Below, one piece after another: positions 19,192 to 29,470 of a stretch of 64,000 nucleotides of DNA. Position numbers and translations under genes: made by a program. The stretch comes from Chloroflexota bacterium. Lineage in GTDB: Bacteria > Chloroflexota > Limnocylindria > Limnocylindrales > CSP1-4. The stretch spans positions 6,841 to 70,840 of the forward strand of contig JADGQI010000172.1 in assembly GCA_017881905.1 (NCBI GenBank), given 5' to 3'. Every line of letters starts with the position of its first letter. The stretch's first letter is position 1. The notes under the pieces are model-generated. The model worked only from the letters and a program-made list of their open reading frames with translations. It was not told the DNA's origin and did no database searches.

Positions 19192-21003
19192 ATGCTCGGA
19201 CGGACCGACTCGCGCCGCCGCCTCCTGCTCGTCCTGGGCGTCTTCCTCGTCGTCGGCGCGTCGCTCTTCAGCCGCCTCCTGTGGTGGCAGGTCCACGAGC
19301 ACGACACGCTGGCCGCCAAGGCCGAGCGGCAGACGACGGTCCAGTTCGAGGAGCCGGTCAAGCGCGGGACGATCTACGACCGGACGGGGACCGTCGTCCT
19401 GGCCACGACCGTCGAGCGATACCTCGTCGCGGCGGCTCCCGACCAGATGGACCTGGCCGATCAGCAGCGGACCGGCAACGAACTGGGTCGGATCCTCGGG
19501 CTCGATCCCGACGCCGCTCGCGCGCTGTCCGACAAGATCAGCGCCGACAAGCCGTACGTCATCCTCGCCCATGGGCTGGACCAGGCGGCCGCCGACCAGA
19601 TCCGCGAAGCGGTGGCGGCCGGGGACCTCAAGACGGTCACCCTCGAACCGGAGGCAGTCCGGGTCTACCCGCAGGCCGGCGGCGCGGCCGGGACCACGCT
19701 CGCCGCTCACCTCCTGGGCTTCGTCAATCGGGATGGTCAGGGCCAGTACGGCGTCGAGGAACGCTACCAGGCCGAGCTCGCCGGGACGCCGCGCGAGCTG
19801 CTGGCCGAGCGGGACGTGGTCGGCCGTCCCATCACCGACACCGCCCAGGTCCTCAGTCCGGGCGTTGCCGGCTCCGATATCCGCCTGACGATCGATACCG
19901 ACCTCCAGCTTGCGACCGAGCAGGAGGTCCTGGCCGCCTACACCGCCGACAAGGCCGTCAGCGTCTCGGCGGTCGTCATGGACCCCAAGACCGGGGCGAT
20001 CCTGTCGATGGCCAGCTACCCGTCGTACGACGCCAACGACTATCGGACGATCGCCGCACAGGACCCATCGGTCTTCGTCGACCCGATCGTGTCGCAGATC
20101 TACGAGCCGGGCTCCGTCTTCAAGATGTTCACCGCGATGGCCGGCCTGGAGCAGGGCACCCTCAAGCTGTCCGATCGGATCCTCGACTCCGGGTCGCTGT
20201 CGCTGGACCACGGGCAGAACCGGATCTACGACGCGGACCGCCACGCCAACGGCTACATGCAGGCGCGCGACATCGTCGCCTACTCCCGCAACGTCGGGGC
20301 GGCGCGGATCGCGCTGGCCCTGGGCAAGACGACGGCCCGCTCGGCCTCGATCCTGGCCGGGGCCTGGGCGCGGCTCGGGTTCGGCCAGAAGACCGGGGTG
20401 GACCTGGCCGGCGAGGCCGCCGGTCTGGTCCGAGATCCCGCCTTGAAGCACTGGAGCCAGGTCGACGTCGCAAACGGCTCGTTCGGTCAAGGCGTCGCCG
20501 TGACCCAGCTCCAGCTCGTGACCGCCTATGCCGCCATGGCCAACGGCGGGACGCTGGTCACGCCGCACGTCGTGCTCGGCGTCGGCGACCGGGACACGGA
20601 GCCGGCTTCGCGCGGCCAGGTGATGGCGCCGGCGCTCAGCAAGACCCTCACCGACCTGATGAGCCACGTCGTCCACACGGTCCCGTGGTACGCCGAGAAG
20701 ACGCTCGTGCGCGGGTACGACGTCGGCGGCAAGACGGGGACGGCGCAGATCTGGGATCCCAGGGCGAACCACGGCCACGGGGCGTGGAAGGCCAACAAGT
20801 ACAACTACAGCTTCGTCGGATACATCGGGCGGGGCACGCCAGAGCTCATCATCGCGGTGACCATCCACGAAGCGAAGCCGCTGATGATCGCCCAGGGCAA
20901 CCTGCCGCTGGCGGTCGAGTCGTACGAGCTGTTCCGCCGCATCGCGACCGACGCGATGACGACCCTCGACCTCCCCAAGCCTGCGGCCCAGGCGGGCCCG
21001 TGA
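19192..21003 (+). CDS. ftsI: Class B penicillin-binding protein
   Basis: RGTIYDRTG, GQYGVE, LTID, EPGSVFK (SxxK), SRN and KTGTAQ motifs. Confidence 0.93.
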   Translation: MLGRTDSRRRLLLVLGVFLVVGASLFSRLLWWQVHEHDTLAAKAERQTTVQFEEPVKRGTIYDRTGTVVLATTVERYLVAAAPDQMDLADQQRTGNELGRILGLDPDAARALSDKISADKPYVILAHGLDQAAADQIREAVAAGDLKTVTLEPEAVRVYPQAGGAAGTTLAAHLLGFVNRDGQGQYGVEERYQAELAGTPRELLAERDVVGRPITDTAQVLSPGVAGSDIRLTIDTDLQLATEQEVLAAYTADKAVSVSAVVMDPKTGAILSMASYPSYDANDYRTIAAQDPSVFVDPIVSQIYEPGSVFKMFTAMAGLEQGTLKLSDRILDSGSLSLDHGQNRIYDADRHANGYMQARDIVAYSRNVGAARIALALGKTTARSASILAGAWARLGFGQKTGVDLAGEAAGLVRDPALKHWSQVDVANGSFGQGVAVTQLQLVTAYAAMANGGTLVTPHVVLGVGDRDTEPASRGQVMAPALSKTLTDLMSHVVHTVPWYAEKTLVRGYDVGGKTGTAQIWDPRANHGHGAWKANKYNYSFVGYIGRGTPELIIAVTIHEAKPLMIAQGNLPLAVESYELFRRIATDAMTTLDLPKPAAQAGP

Positions 21004-22460
21004 GCTCCGATGGGAGACCGGCGACCGTGACCGACGCGCCCCCGCCGTCGATGCCCCGTCCCACGGACGATGCGTTCGACGACGCCGAGATCGCCCGGAT
21101 CACGGGCGGCCGGCTCGAGCGGACGTCGGCACGCCCGATCCGAGGAGCGGCCGTCGACTCGCGACGCGTCGAGCCGGGGAACCTGTTCATCGCGCTCCCC
21201 GGGGAGAGGACGGACGGTCACGAGCACCTCGCGGCGGCGGTCGAGGCCGGCGCCGCGGCGCTCCTGGTGAGTCGACCGGTCGCCCTCGGATCCGCGCTCG
21301 GCGACGTCGCGGTCATCCGCGTCGGCCAGCCGCTGGCGGCCCTCCACGCCCTCGCCGCGACGTGGCGGCGCCGGTTCGATCCGCTGACGGTCGGGATCAC
21401 CGGGAGCATCGGCAAGACCTCGACGAAGGAAGCGGTCGCGGCCGTCCTCGGCAGCCGCTTCCGGACCCGCAAGAACGAGGGCAACGAGAACAACGAGATC
21501 GGACTGCCGCTGACGGTCCTCCGGCTCGACCGGTCGGACGAGGCGCTCGTCCTCGAGATGGGGATGTACGTCGAGGGCGAGATCGCCGACCTGGTCCGGA
21601 TCGGGGCGCCGCGGATCGGCGTGGTGACCGCCATCCAGCCGGTCCACCTGTCCCGGATCGGGACGATCGAGGCGATCGAGCTCGAGAAGGGACGCCTGGT
21701 CGAGGGTCTCCCGCCGAACGGCACGGCGATCCTCAACGCCGACGACGAGCGCGTCCTCCGGATGGCCGAGCGGACGGCGGCCCGGGTCATGACCTACGGG
21801 TTCGCCGACGACGCCGACGTCCGGGCCGCGGCGGTCACTTCGGACGGCACGGATGGGATGCGGTTCGACCTGCGGACGCCCGGCGGCAGCCAGCCCGTCT
21901 CGATCCCGCTCCTCGGCCGGCATGCCGTCCAAAACGCCCTGGCGGCGGCCGCGGTCGGGCTGGCCGCGGGGATCGCCCCGGGCCTGATCGCGGCTGCGCT
22001 CGGGTCGGCGACCGGCGCAGCGCACCGGGGCGAGCTCATCCGTCTGGGCGACGTGACCGTCATCGACGACAGCTACAACGCCGCGCCGGCGTCGATGCTG
22101 GCCGCGCTCGACGTCCTGGCCGGGCTGCGCGGTCGGCGGGTCGCGGTCCTCGGCGAGATGCTCGAGCTGGGCGAGGAGAGCACCGCCGGCCATCTCGAGG
22201 TCGGCCGGGCGGCGGCGCGCGTCGTCGACCTGCTGATCGTGGTCGGTGACGACCCCGAGGGCGACGCCGACGCGATGGTCGAAGGCGCGCGCGAAGCGGG
22301 CCTCGAGCCCGAACGGATCCTGCGCGTCGCCGATGCGGAGACCGCCCACGACGAGCTCCGACCGCGATTGATCCCGGGCGACGTGGTCCTGGTCAAGGCG
22401 TCGCGCGGGATCGCGCTCGACACCCTGGTGGAGGCGCTCCGCCGGGAGCTCGAACCATGA
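21000..22460 (+). CDS. murF: UDP-MurNAc-tripeptide D-Ala-D-Ala ligase
   Basis: DSRRV, GITGSIGKTSTKE, NNEIGLP, LEMGM, DDSYNA, LGEMLELG and LVKASRG motifs. Start is 21000 or 21027. Confidence 0.95.
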   Translation: MSSDGRPATVTDAPPPSMPRPTDDAFDDAEIARITGGRLERTSARPIRGAAVDSRRVEPGNLFIALPGERTDGHEHLAAAVEAGAAALLVSRPVALGSALGDVAVIRVGQPLAALHALAATWRRRFDPLTVGITGSIGKTSTKEAVAAVLGSRFRTRKNEGNENNEIGLPLTVLRLDRSDEALVLEMGMYVEGEIADLVRIGAPRIGVVTAIQPVHLSRIGTIEAIELEKGRLVEGLPPNGTAILNADDERVLRMAERTAARVMTYGFADDADVRAAAVTSDGTDGMRFDLRTPGGSQPVSIPLLGRHAVQNALAAAAVGLAAGIAPGLIAAALGSATGAAHRGELIRLGDVTVIDDSYNAAPASMLAALDVLAGLRGRRVAVLGEMLELGEESTAGHLEVGRAAARVVDLLIVVGDDPEGDADAMVEGAREAGLEPERILRVADAETAHDELRPRLIPGDVVLVKASRGIALDTLVEALRRELEP

Positions 22461-23452
22461 GGATCGGGACGGTCGAGCTCATCCAGGGGCTCCTGCTGGC
22501 CTTCATCCTCGTGGTCATCCTGATGCCGCCGTACATCCGGCTGCTCCGCTATCTCCGGTTCGGGAAGAACATCCGCGAGGAGGGCCCGGCCAGCCACCAG
22601 GTCAAGCAGGGCGTGCCGACGGGCGGCGGGATCCTGCTCATCCTGATCGTCGCGGCGATCGCGCTCTTCCTGGGCGCGGTGGGCCCGGACACCTGGGACA
22701 CCTTCTCGCCGCTGGCGGCCCTGCTCGGCGTCGGCGCACTGGGCGCCTACGACGACTACCGCAATGCCAAGACCGGGACGGGGATCAGTGTCCGGGGCAA
22801 GCTCATCTGGCAGGTCGTCGTGGCCGTGCTCGCGGCGGTGTACATCCAGCGCCACTTCAACATCGACGCGATCCGGGTGCCGTTCGCCGGCGATGTCTCG
22901 ATCGGTCCGTGGCTGTACATCCTGTTCGCCGCGTTCGCCATCGTCGCCGCGAGCAACGGGGTGAACATCACCGACGGGCTCGACGGGCTGGCCGGCGGGA
23001 CGCTCGCCTTCTCGTTCGTGGCCTACATGATCATCGCGCTGCTCAACGTGCCGCACCAGCCGAATCTCGCCCTGCTCTGCGCGATCATCATCGGCGCGAT
23101 CATGGGCTTCCTGTGGTTCAACGTGCACCCGGCCCAGGTGATCATGGGCGATTCCGGGTCGCTGTCGTTAGGTGCGGCCCTGGCCGTGACCGCGCTGATC
23201 ACCGGCCAGATCGTGGTCCTGCCGCTGATCGGGCTGGTCTTCGTGGTCGAGACCGGGTCGGTCATCCTCCAGGTCGCCTACTTCAAGGCCACCGGCGGGC
23301 GGCGGATCTTCCGGATGTCGCCGATCCACCATCATTTCGAACTCCTCGGCTGGGACGAGGAGAAGATCACCGTCCGGTTCTGGATCGTGGCGGTATTGGC
23401 CGGCCTGCTCGGGGTGACCCTGTTCATGGCCTCGATCAACTCGCTGGCATGA
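22457..23452 (+). CDS. mraY: Phospho-MurNAc-pentapeptide transferase
   Basis: PTGGG, YDDY, NGVNITDGLDGLA, MGDSGSL and PIHHHFE motifs. Confidence 0.97.
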   Translation: MRIGTVELIQGLLLAFILVVILMPPYIRLLRYLRFGKNIREEGPASHQVKQGVPTGGGILLILIVAAIALFLGAVGPDTWDTFSPLAALLGVGALGAYDDYRNAKTGTGISVRGKLIWQVVVAVLAAVYIQRHFNIDAIRVPFAGDVSIGPWLYILFAAFAIVAASNGVNITDGLDGLAGGTLAFSFVAYMIIALLNVPHQPNLALLCAIIIGAIMGFLWFNVHPAQVIMGDSGSLSLGAALAVTALITGQIVVLPLIGLVFVVETGSVILQVAYFKATGGRRIFRMSPIHHHFELLGWDEEKITVRFWIVAVLAGLLGVTLFMASINSLA

Positions 23453-25026
23453 CGACGATGACGCCGCCGCCGACCGTTCCAGGGCCGACGCTCGAGCCCG
23501 ACGAGCTGACGCTCGACGGGATCCGCGCCGGCGCGCTCCACGACCGGCCGATCGCCGTCCTCGGCCTGGCCCGGAGCGGCGTCGCGCTGACCCGGTTCCT
23601 GGTCGATGCCGGAGCCCGGGTGACGGTCTACGACGCTCGTCCGGCCGAGGCGCTCGGGGATGCGCTCGGCCAGCTCGACGGTCGGGACGTGCGGCTCCTG
23701 GCCGGTCCCGACGTGGACCCGGCCACGGCGCTCGCGGGGATGGCCCTCATCACGACGTCGCCGTCGATCAACCCGGACTACCCCACGACCGAACCCCGGC
23801 TGCGGGCCGCCCTCGCTTCGGTCGCCGCCGCCCGAGCAGCCGGCGACCGCTCCGTGGCGGCGATCGTGTCCGAGCCCGACCTCTTCCTCCGGCTCTGTCC
23901 GGCGACGACGATCGGGGTCACCGGGACGAAGGGCAAGACGACGACGTCGGCGCTGGCGCATGCCCTGCTGGCCACGGACCCGGTGCACCGGGCGTTCCTG
24001 GGCGGGAACATCGGCCGGCCCCTCGTCGAGCGGCTGCTCGACCTCCGGCCCGACGACCGCGTCGTCATCGAGCTGTCCGAGCTCCAGCTCCCGACGCTGT
24101 CCCGCGGGACGACCGTGGCCGCCTTCACGAACGTCACCTCGGATCACCTCGACCGACACGGCAGCCTCGCCGCGTACCGCGCCGTCAAGCGGCGGTTCGC
24201 CGGGCAGGTCGATCCGGCCGGCGCAGTGGTGATCAACCTCGACGACCCGGAGGTCGCCACGTACGCCGAGCACGCCGCCGGGGCGACGGTCGTCGGCTAC
24301 CGGCTCGACACGCCGCCGACCGGCGGGCTGGGGCTGGTGGACGGCTGGATCGTCGCCGACCGCGTCCCACGCCTTGCGCTCGCCGGCGGCAGCGGGGCCC
24401 CTCCGACCGATGCGTCGACGCCCGCCGACGACCGGATCCTCCCCGTCTCCGAGCTGGTCGTGCCGGGTCGCCACAACATCTCGAACGCGATGGCCGCGGC
24501 GGGGATCGCGCTCCTCGCCGGGATCCCGCCGGCGTCGATCCGGGCCGCCGCAGCCGCCTTCACCGGTGTCGAGCACCGTCTTGAGACTGTCGCCACCATC
24601 GACGGCATCCGCTTCGTCAACGACTCGCAGGGGACGCAGCCCGACGCGGTCATCGCCGCGCTCCTGGCGTTCGACCCCCCGATCGTCCTCATCGCCGGCG
24701 GTCGCGACAAGGACGTCGACCTGTCGGGGCTGGGCCCGGTGGTCGCGGAGCGGGCCGCGGCCGCGGTCCTCATCGGCGAGAGCGGGCCCGACCTCGAGCG
24801 CCGGTTCAGGACGTCCGGCCTCCGGCGCACGGAGCGAGCTGCCACCCTCGAGGGCGCCGTCCGACGAGCAGCCGCGATCGCGGCCGAGCTCCGCGGACCG
24901 ACCGCCCAGCCGACCGTGCTGCTCAGCCCGGCCGCGGCCAGCTTCGACATGTTCGTCGACTACGAGGCGCGCGGCCGGGCATTCAAGGCCGCGGTCGCCA
25001 CCCTCGCCGAGGAGGGCATCCGATGA
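23449..25026 (+). CDS. murD: UDP-MurNAc-L-Ala D-glutamate ligase
   Basis: GLARSG, GVTGTKGKTTT, GGNIG, DHLDRH, EHRLE, NDS and LLSPAAASFDMF motifs. Confidence 0.95.
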   Translation: MTTMTPPPTVPGPTLEPDELTLDGIRAGALHDRPIAVLGLARSGVALTRFLVDAGARVTVYDARPAEALGDALGQLDGRDVRLLAGPDVDPATALAGMALITTSPSINPDYPTTEPRLRAALASVAAARAAGDRSVAAIVSEPDLFLRLCPATTIGVTGTKGKTTTSALAHALLATDPVHRAFLGGNIGRPLVERLLDLRPDDRVVIELSELQLPTLSRGTTVAAFTNVTSDHLDRHGSLAAYRAVKRRFAGQVDPAGAVVINLDDPEVATYAEHAAGATVVGYRLDTPPTGGLGLVDGWIVADRVPRLALAGGSGAPPTDASTPADDRILPVSELVVPGRHNISNAMAAAGIALLAGIPPASIRAAAAAFTGVEHRLETVATIDGIRFVNDSQGTQPDAVIAALLAFDPPIVLIAGGRDKDVDLSGLGPVVAERAAAAVLIGESGPDLERRFRTSGLRRTERAATLEGAVRRAAAIAAELRGPTAQPTVLLSPAAASFDMFVDYEARGRAFKAAVATLAEEGIR

Positions 25027-26300
25027 CCGCCCCGACGACGGCGGTCCGCAGTCAGACCCGTCCCCGGCCGGCCACCGGCGGGGTCCCGAAGACGCTCCGA
25101 CGCGAGACCCATCAGCCGGACTACATCATCCTGGTCACCGTCATCGCGATGTCGGCGATCGGGATCCTGATGGTCTTCTCATCGTCGGCCATGGAGCAGT
25201 ACGCTCAGGACGGCGACGTCTTCGGGACGGTCGGACCGCAGGTCGCCTGGGGTGTGGCCGGGCTGATCGCGATGCTGGTGATGACCCGGGTCGACTATCG
25301 CCGGCTGCGGCTGGTATCGATCCCGATGTACGCCATCGCGATCGTCCTCCTCGTCCTGGTCTTCAGTCCGAGCCTCGGCCAGACCGTCGGTGGGTCGGCC
25401 CGCTGGCTCAAGATCGGGCCGTTGCCGGCCGTCCACCCGGCAGAGTTCGCCAAGCTCGCCCTGGTCATCTACCTCGCCCACTGGTTCGCCAAGCGCGGCG
25501 AGAAGGTCGGCGGCCTGCTCAGCGGGACGATCCCGTTCCTCATCGTCTTCCTGCCGATCGTCGCCCTCGTCCTCAAGGAGCCCGACCTCGGCACGTCGAT
25601 GGTCCTGGCCGTGACGGGCCTGACGATGTTCCTGCTGGCCGGGGCGAACCTCATCCATGTCGTCGTCCTGCTGGTCAGCGGCTTCGTCGGGATCGTGATG
25701 TTCGCCCTGCACGGCTACCAGCTCGAGCGGATCCGGGCGTGGATCGATCCGTGGGCCTACCCCGACACGATCGGCTTCCACTCGGTGCAGGGACTCATGG
25801 CGCTCGGGTCGGGCGGGTTGTTCGGGCTCGGGCTGGGGCAGAGCCGGGGCGCCGGTGGGCTGTTCCTGCCGAACGCCAGCAACGACTTCATCTTCGCCGT
25901 GATCGGCGAGGAGTTCGGGCTGATCGGCGCCGGTCTGGTCGTCGTCCTGTTCGTGATCCTCGCCTACCAGGGCATCCGGGTCGCCCTCGCGGCCCCCGAC
26001 ACCTTCGGAGCGCTGCTCGCTGCCGGGATCACGACCTGGCTGTGCGTCCAGGCGTTCATCAACATCGGCGTCGTCGTGGCGCTGTTCCCGATCACCGGGA
26101 TCACCCTTCCCTTCATCAGCGCCGGCGGTTCGTCCCTGACGATCAGCCTGGCTGCCGTCGGGATCCTCCTGTCGATCTCACGCGAGACCGTTGAACGAGG
26201 CACATGGAACGATGCGTCTGCTGATCGCGGGCGGCGGAACGGGCGGGCACATCTACCCGGCTCTGGCCGTCGCCCGGTCGCTACGCGCCAGCGACCCTGA
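25023..26300 (+). CDS. ftsW: SEDS peptidoglycan polymerase
   Basis: ARWL, PAEFAK, EPDLGT, GSGGLFGLGLG, DFIFAVIGEE and GITLPFISAGGSS motifs. Confidence 0.95.
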   Translation: MTAPTTAVRSQTRPRPATGGVPKTLRRETHQPDYIILVTVIAMSAIGILMVFSSSAMEQYAQDGDVFGTVGPQVAWGVAGLIAMLVMTRVDYRRLRLVSIPMYAIAIVLLVLVFSPSLGQTVGGSARWLKIGPLPAVHPAEFAKLALVIYLAHWFAKRGEKVGGLLSGTIPFLIVFLPIVALVLKEPDLGTSMVLAVTGLTMFLLAGANLIHVVVLLVSGFVGIVMFALHGYQLERIRAWIDPWAYPDTIGFHSVQGLMALGSGGLFGLGLGQSRGAGGLFLPNASNDFIFAVIGEEFGLIGAGLVVVLFVILAYQGIRVALAAPDTFGALLAAGITTWLCVQAFINIGVVVALFPITGITLPFISAGGSSLTISLAAVGILLSISRETVERGTWNDASADRGRRNGRAHLPGSGRRPVATRQRP

Positions 26301-27366
26301 GGCCGAGTTGTCCTGGATCGGTGGGCAGCGCGGGCTCGAGGGGTCGATCGTCCGCGCCTCCGACATCCCGCTCCGGCGGTTGGCGCTCCGCTCGCTTCGC
26401 TCGACCGACCGGTCGATCCATCTCGTCCTGGACCCGATCCGGCTGGCCGTGTCGGTGCCCCAGGCCGCAGCGATCCTGGCCCGACTGCGTCCCGCGGCCA
26501 TCTTCACGACCGGCGGCTACGTGGCGATCCCCGTCCTCATCGCCGCGAGGCCGATGGGCATCCCGACCGTGCTGTGGGAGGGCAACGTCGTGCCCGGGCG
26601 GAGCGTCCGGGCGACGGCCCGGCTCGCCTCGGTCGTGGCCGTTTCGTTCCCCGAGACCGGCGCCGCCCTGGCGGTACCCGCGGACCGCTGCTACCTCACC
26701 GGGACGCCGATCCGCGACCTCGGGACGGTCGACCCCGACGCCGCCCGCGCCCGGTTCGGGGTCCCGCCGGGGGATCGGCTCCTGCTCGTGTTCGGCGGGT
26801 CGCAGGCCGTCCGCCGGTTCAACGCGGCGGTCGCCGAGGCGCTGCCGCGTCTGGTTGAGCGGGTGCATGTCGTCCACGTCACCGGCGACGCCGGCTACGC
26901 CGGGGCGCTGGCGGACCGGGAGGCGTTGCCCGCCGAGCGACGCGACCGGTATCGGCCGTACCCGTTCCTGGGCGCCGAGATGACCGATGCGCTGGTCGCC
27001 GCCGACCTCATCGTCGGCCGGGCGGGAAGCTCCACGCTGGCCGAGGCGACGGCCCTCGGGAAGCCGCTGATCGTCGTCCCGTACCCGCACGCTGCGGGAC
27101 ACCAGCGCGCGAACGCCCGGCGGTTGGTCGAGTCCGGCGCGGGCCGCCTGGTTGCGGACGAGGCGTTCGACGCGGCGGCGCTACTCGACGCGGCGGGCCT
27201 CCTCGACGATCCCCAGGCGCACGCCCGGATGTCGGCGGCGGCGCGGGGGCTCGGGCGGCCGGGTGCCGCGGCGGCGGTCGCCGAGCTGGTCCTGGCGGTA
27301 GCGGAGCGCCGGCCCTTCCCGGACCGCGACGCCCTCGACCGGCGCTCGCGCGAGGCGGCCGCATGA
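26212..27366 (+). CDS. murG: Lipid II GlcNAc transferase
   Basis: GGGTGGHIYPA, GGYV, GTPIR, GGSQA, GRAGSSTLAE and HQRANA motifs. Confidence 0.96.
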   Translation: MRLLIAGGGTGGHIYPALAVARSLRASDPEAELSWIGGQRGLEGSIVRASDIPLRRLALRSLRSTDRSIHLVLDPIRLAVSVPQAAAILARLRPAAIFTTGGYVAIPVLIAARPMGIPTVLWEGNVVPGRSVRATARLASVVAVSFPETGAALAVPADRCYLTGTPIRDLGTVDPDAARARFGVPPGDRLLLVFGGSQAVRRFNAAVAEALPRLVERVHVVHVTGDAGYAGALADREALPAERRDRYRPYPFLGAEMTDALVAADLIVGRAGSSTLAEATALGKPLIVVPYPHAAGHQRANARRLVESGAGRLVADEAFDAAALLDAAGLLDDPQAHARMSAAARGLGRPGAAAAVAELVLAVAERRPFPDRDALDRRSREAAA

Positions 27367-28352
27367 CCGCCGCGACGGCCTTCGATCCGATCGCCCTGGG
27401 CACCGAGATCCAGCGCCGGCTCGGGGTCAAGACCTCGCGCGACGAGCCGCTCGCCCGGTTCACCACGATGCGCGTCGGCGGACCGGCCGATCTGTTCGCG
27501 GTCGCCCACAACGCGTTCGAGCTGCGGGCCCTGGTCAAGTTCGTCCGGACCCGGGGGATCCCGCATGTGGTCCTCGGGCGGGGCAGCGACGTCGTCATCG
27601 CCGATGCCGGGGTCCGTGGGGTCGTCATCCAGGTCCGCGCCGAGGGGACCGAGGTCCGCGACGATCGGCTGATCGCCGAGGCCGGGGTGCCCATGGCCCG
27701 GGCGGCGACCGTCACTCAGGGCGCCGGGCTGTCCGGACTCGAGTTCGGGCTGGCCATCCCCGGCTCGGTCGGCGGTGCCGTCTGGGCGAACGCGGGCGCC
27801 CACGAGTCGGACGTGAAGGCCATCCTCGAGGGCGCCATGGTGATGACCGCGGACGGGACCGAGGTGCGCCAGGACCCCGAGGCTCTCGAGCTCGGCTACC
27901 GCGACAGCCGGCTCAAGCACCGTGTCTCGCCCGACGCCGTTCCCGAGATCGTCGTGTCCGCGACGTTCCGACTCACCTCAGCCACGCCCGACGAGATCCG
28001 GGAGCGGCTCGACGACATCCGCCACTGGCGCCAGGCGCACCAGCCGCTCGGCATCCCGAGCGCCGGCTCGTACTTCCGCAATCCGCTGGACGACTCCGCC
28101 GGGCGGCTGATCGATGCGGCCGGGCTCAAGGGGACCCGTCTGGGCGGCGCCTCGGTCAGCGAGAAGCACGCCAACTTCCTGATCAACGACCGGAAGGGGA
28201 CCGCCGCCGACGTCCGCGGTCTGGGCGAGCTGGTCCGGACCGAGGTCGCCCGACGGTACGGCGTCCAGCTCGAGCCGGAGGTCGTGTTCATCGGCGACTG
28301 GGGCACGGACGACCGCTGGGTCCAGACCACCGAGCCGGAGGCCGTCCGATGA
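27363..28352 (+). CDS. murB: UDP-N-acetylenolpyruvoylglucosamine reductase
   Basis: TTMRVGGPA, IPGSVGGAVWANAGA, SAGSYFRNP, SEKHANF and LEPEV motifs. Confidence 0.96.
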   Translation: MTAATAFDPIALGTEIQRRLGVKTSRDEPLARFTTMRVGGPADLFAVAHNAFELRALVKFVRTRGIPHVVLGRGSDVVIADAGVRGVVIQVRAEGTEVRDDRLIAEAGVPMARAATVTQGAGLSGLEFGLAIPGSVGGAVWANAGAHESDVKAILEGAMVMTADGTEVRQDPEALELGYRDSRLKHRVSPDAVPEIVVSATFRLTSATPDEIRERLDDIRHWRQAHQPLGIPSAGSYFRNPLDDSAGRLIDAAGLKGTRLGGASVSEKHANFLINDRKGTAADVRGLGELVRTEVARRYGVQLEPEVVFIGDWGTDDRWVQTTEPEAVR

Positions 28353-29470
28353 CCAGCCGCTTCCCGCCGATCGCGGTCCTCCTCGGCGGGCCGTCCGCCG
28401 AGCACGACGTGTCGGTCGTGTCCGGGAGTGCCGTCGCCGATGCACTCGAGGACCTCGGCCACCGAGTCGAGCGGCACCTCATCGACCTCGACGGCCGGTG
28501 GTGGCGACTGCCCGCGGGGTCGCGCGGTCCGGCCGACCCGCCATCGGCGTGGGACGACCCGGTCGCGATCGGAGCGATCGGTCCCGAGTCGGCCGCCGCA
28601 GCGATCGGGCGTCTCGCGGACGCTGACGCGGCGCCCGTCGTGTTCATCGCCCTGCACGGTCCGTTCGGCGAGGACGGCACGGTCCAGGCGCTCCTCGAGG
28701 CGGCGCGGCTGCCCTACACCGGATCCGCCGTCGCGGCGTCGGCGATCGGGATGGACAAGGCGATCTTCAAGCGCCTGTGCCGGGGGATCGGCCTGCCGAT
28801 CGCCGACTGGCGCGAGATCCGGTCCGACCGCTGGGCGGCCGATCGGGCGGGCGTCCTCGGCGAGCTCGAGGCGTTCGCGTCGGGGACCGGCGACCCGCGT
28901 CTCATGGTCAAGCCGGCCCGTCTCGGGAGCTCGGTCGGGATGACCCTGGCCCACGTCGAGGCTGAGCGTGCTCCGGCGATCGAGCTCGCGCTGCGTCACG
29001 ACACGCTCGTCCTGGCCGAGGCGTACGTGGCCGGCGCCCGGGACCTCGAGGTCGCCGTCATCGGCAACGATCCGGCCCGGCTCGAGCTGTATGGGCCGGG
29101 CGAGATCGTCGCGGGTCACGAGTTCTACGACTACGCCGCGAAGTACACGCTGGGACTGTCCCGGACGACGCCGACGGCCGACGTCGACCCGGTCACCCGG
29201 GCGACGATCCTCAAGATCGCCCGGGACTGCTATCGCGCCATCGGCGCCGAGGGGTTCGCCCGGATCGATTTCCTGCTCAACCCGGAGGGCGTCGCGCTGT
29301 CCGAGATCAACACGATCCCGGGGTTCACCCCGATCAGCCTGTTCCCGGTCATGGCCGCGCTGGGCGGGCACAGCTTCGGCGCCGTCGCCGAGCGCATCGT
29401 CGAGCTGGCGCTGGAACGTCACGCCGGCGCCGTCCGTCCGCGGCTGACCCCAGCGGACCTGCCCCGATGA
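28349..29470 (+). CDS. ddl: D-alanine--D-alanine ligase
   Basis: GGPSAEHDVS, LHGPFGEDG, GSSVG, FYDYAAKY (Tyr, D-Ala-D-Ala type) and EINTIPGFT motifs. Confidence 0.96.
   Translation: MTSRFPPIAVLLGGPSAEHDVSVVSGSAVADALEDLGHRVERHLIDLDGRWWRLPAGSRGPADPPSAWDDPVAIGAIGPESAAAAIGRLADADAAPVVFIALHGPFGEDGTVQALLEAARLPYTGSAVAASAIGMDKAIFKRLCRGIGLPIADWREIRSDRWAADRAGVLGELEAFASGTGDPRLMVKPARLGSSVGMTLAHVEAERAPAIELALRHDTLVLAEAYVAGARDLEVAVIGNDPARLELYGPGEIVAGHEFYDYAAKYTLGLSRTTPTADVDPVTRATILKIARDCYRAIGAEGFARIDFLLNPEGVALSEINTIPGFTPISLFPVMAALGGHSFGAVAERIVELALERHAGAVRPRLTPADLPR

Noticed and set aside
19065..22460. Apparent 1131-aa MurF fusion
   Set aside because: The N-terminal part is an off-frame read of ftsI; MurF similarity starts near 21000. 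The same artefact inflates the track ORFs for murD, gcvH, rsmI, sucD and the ABC genes.
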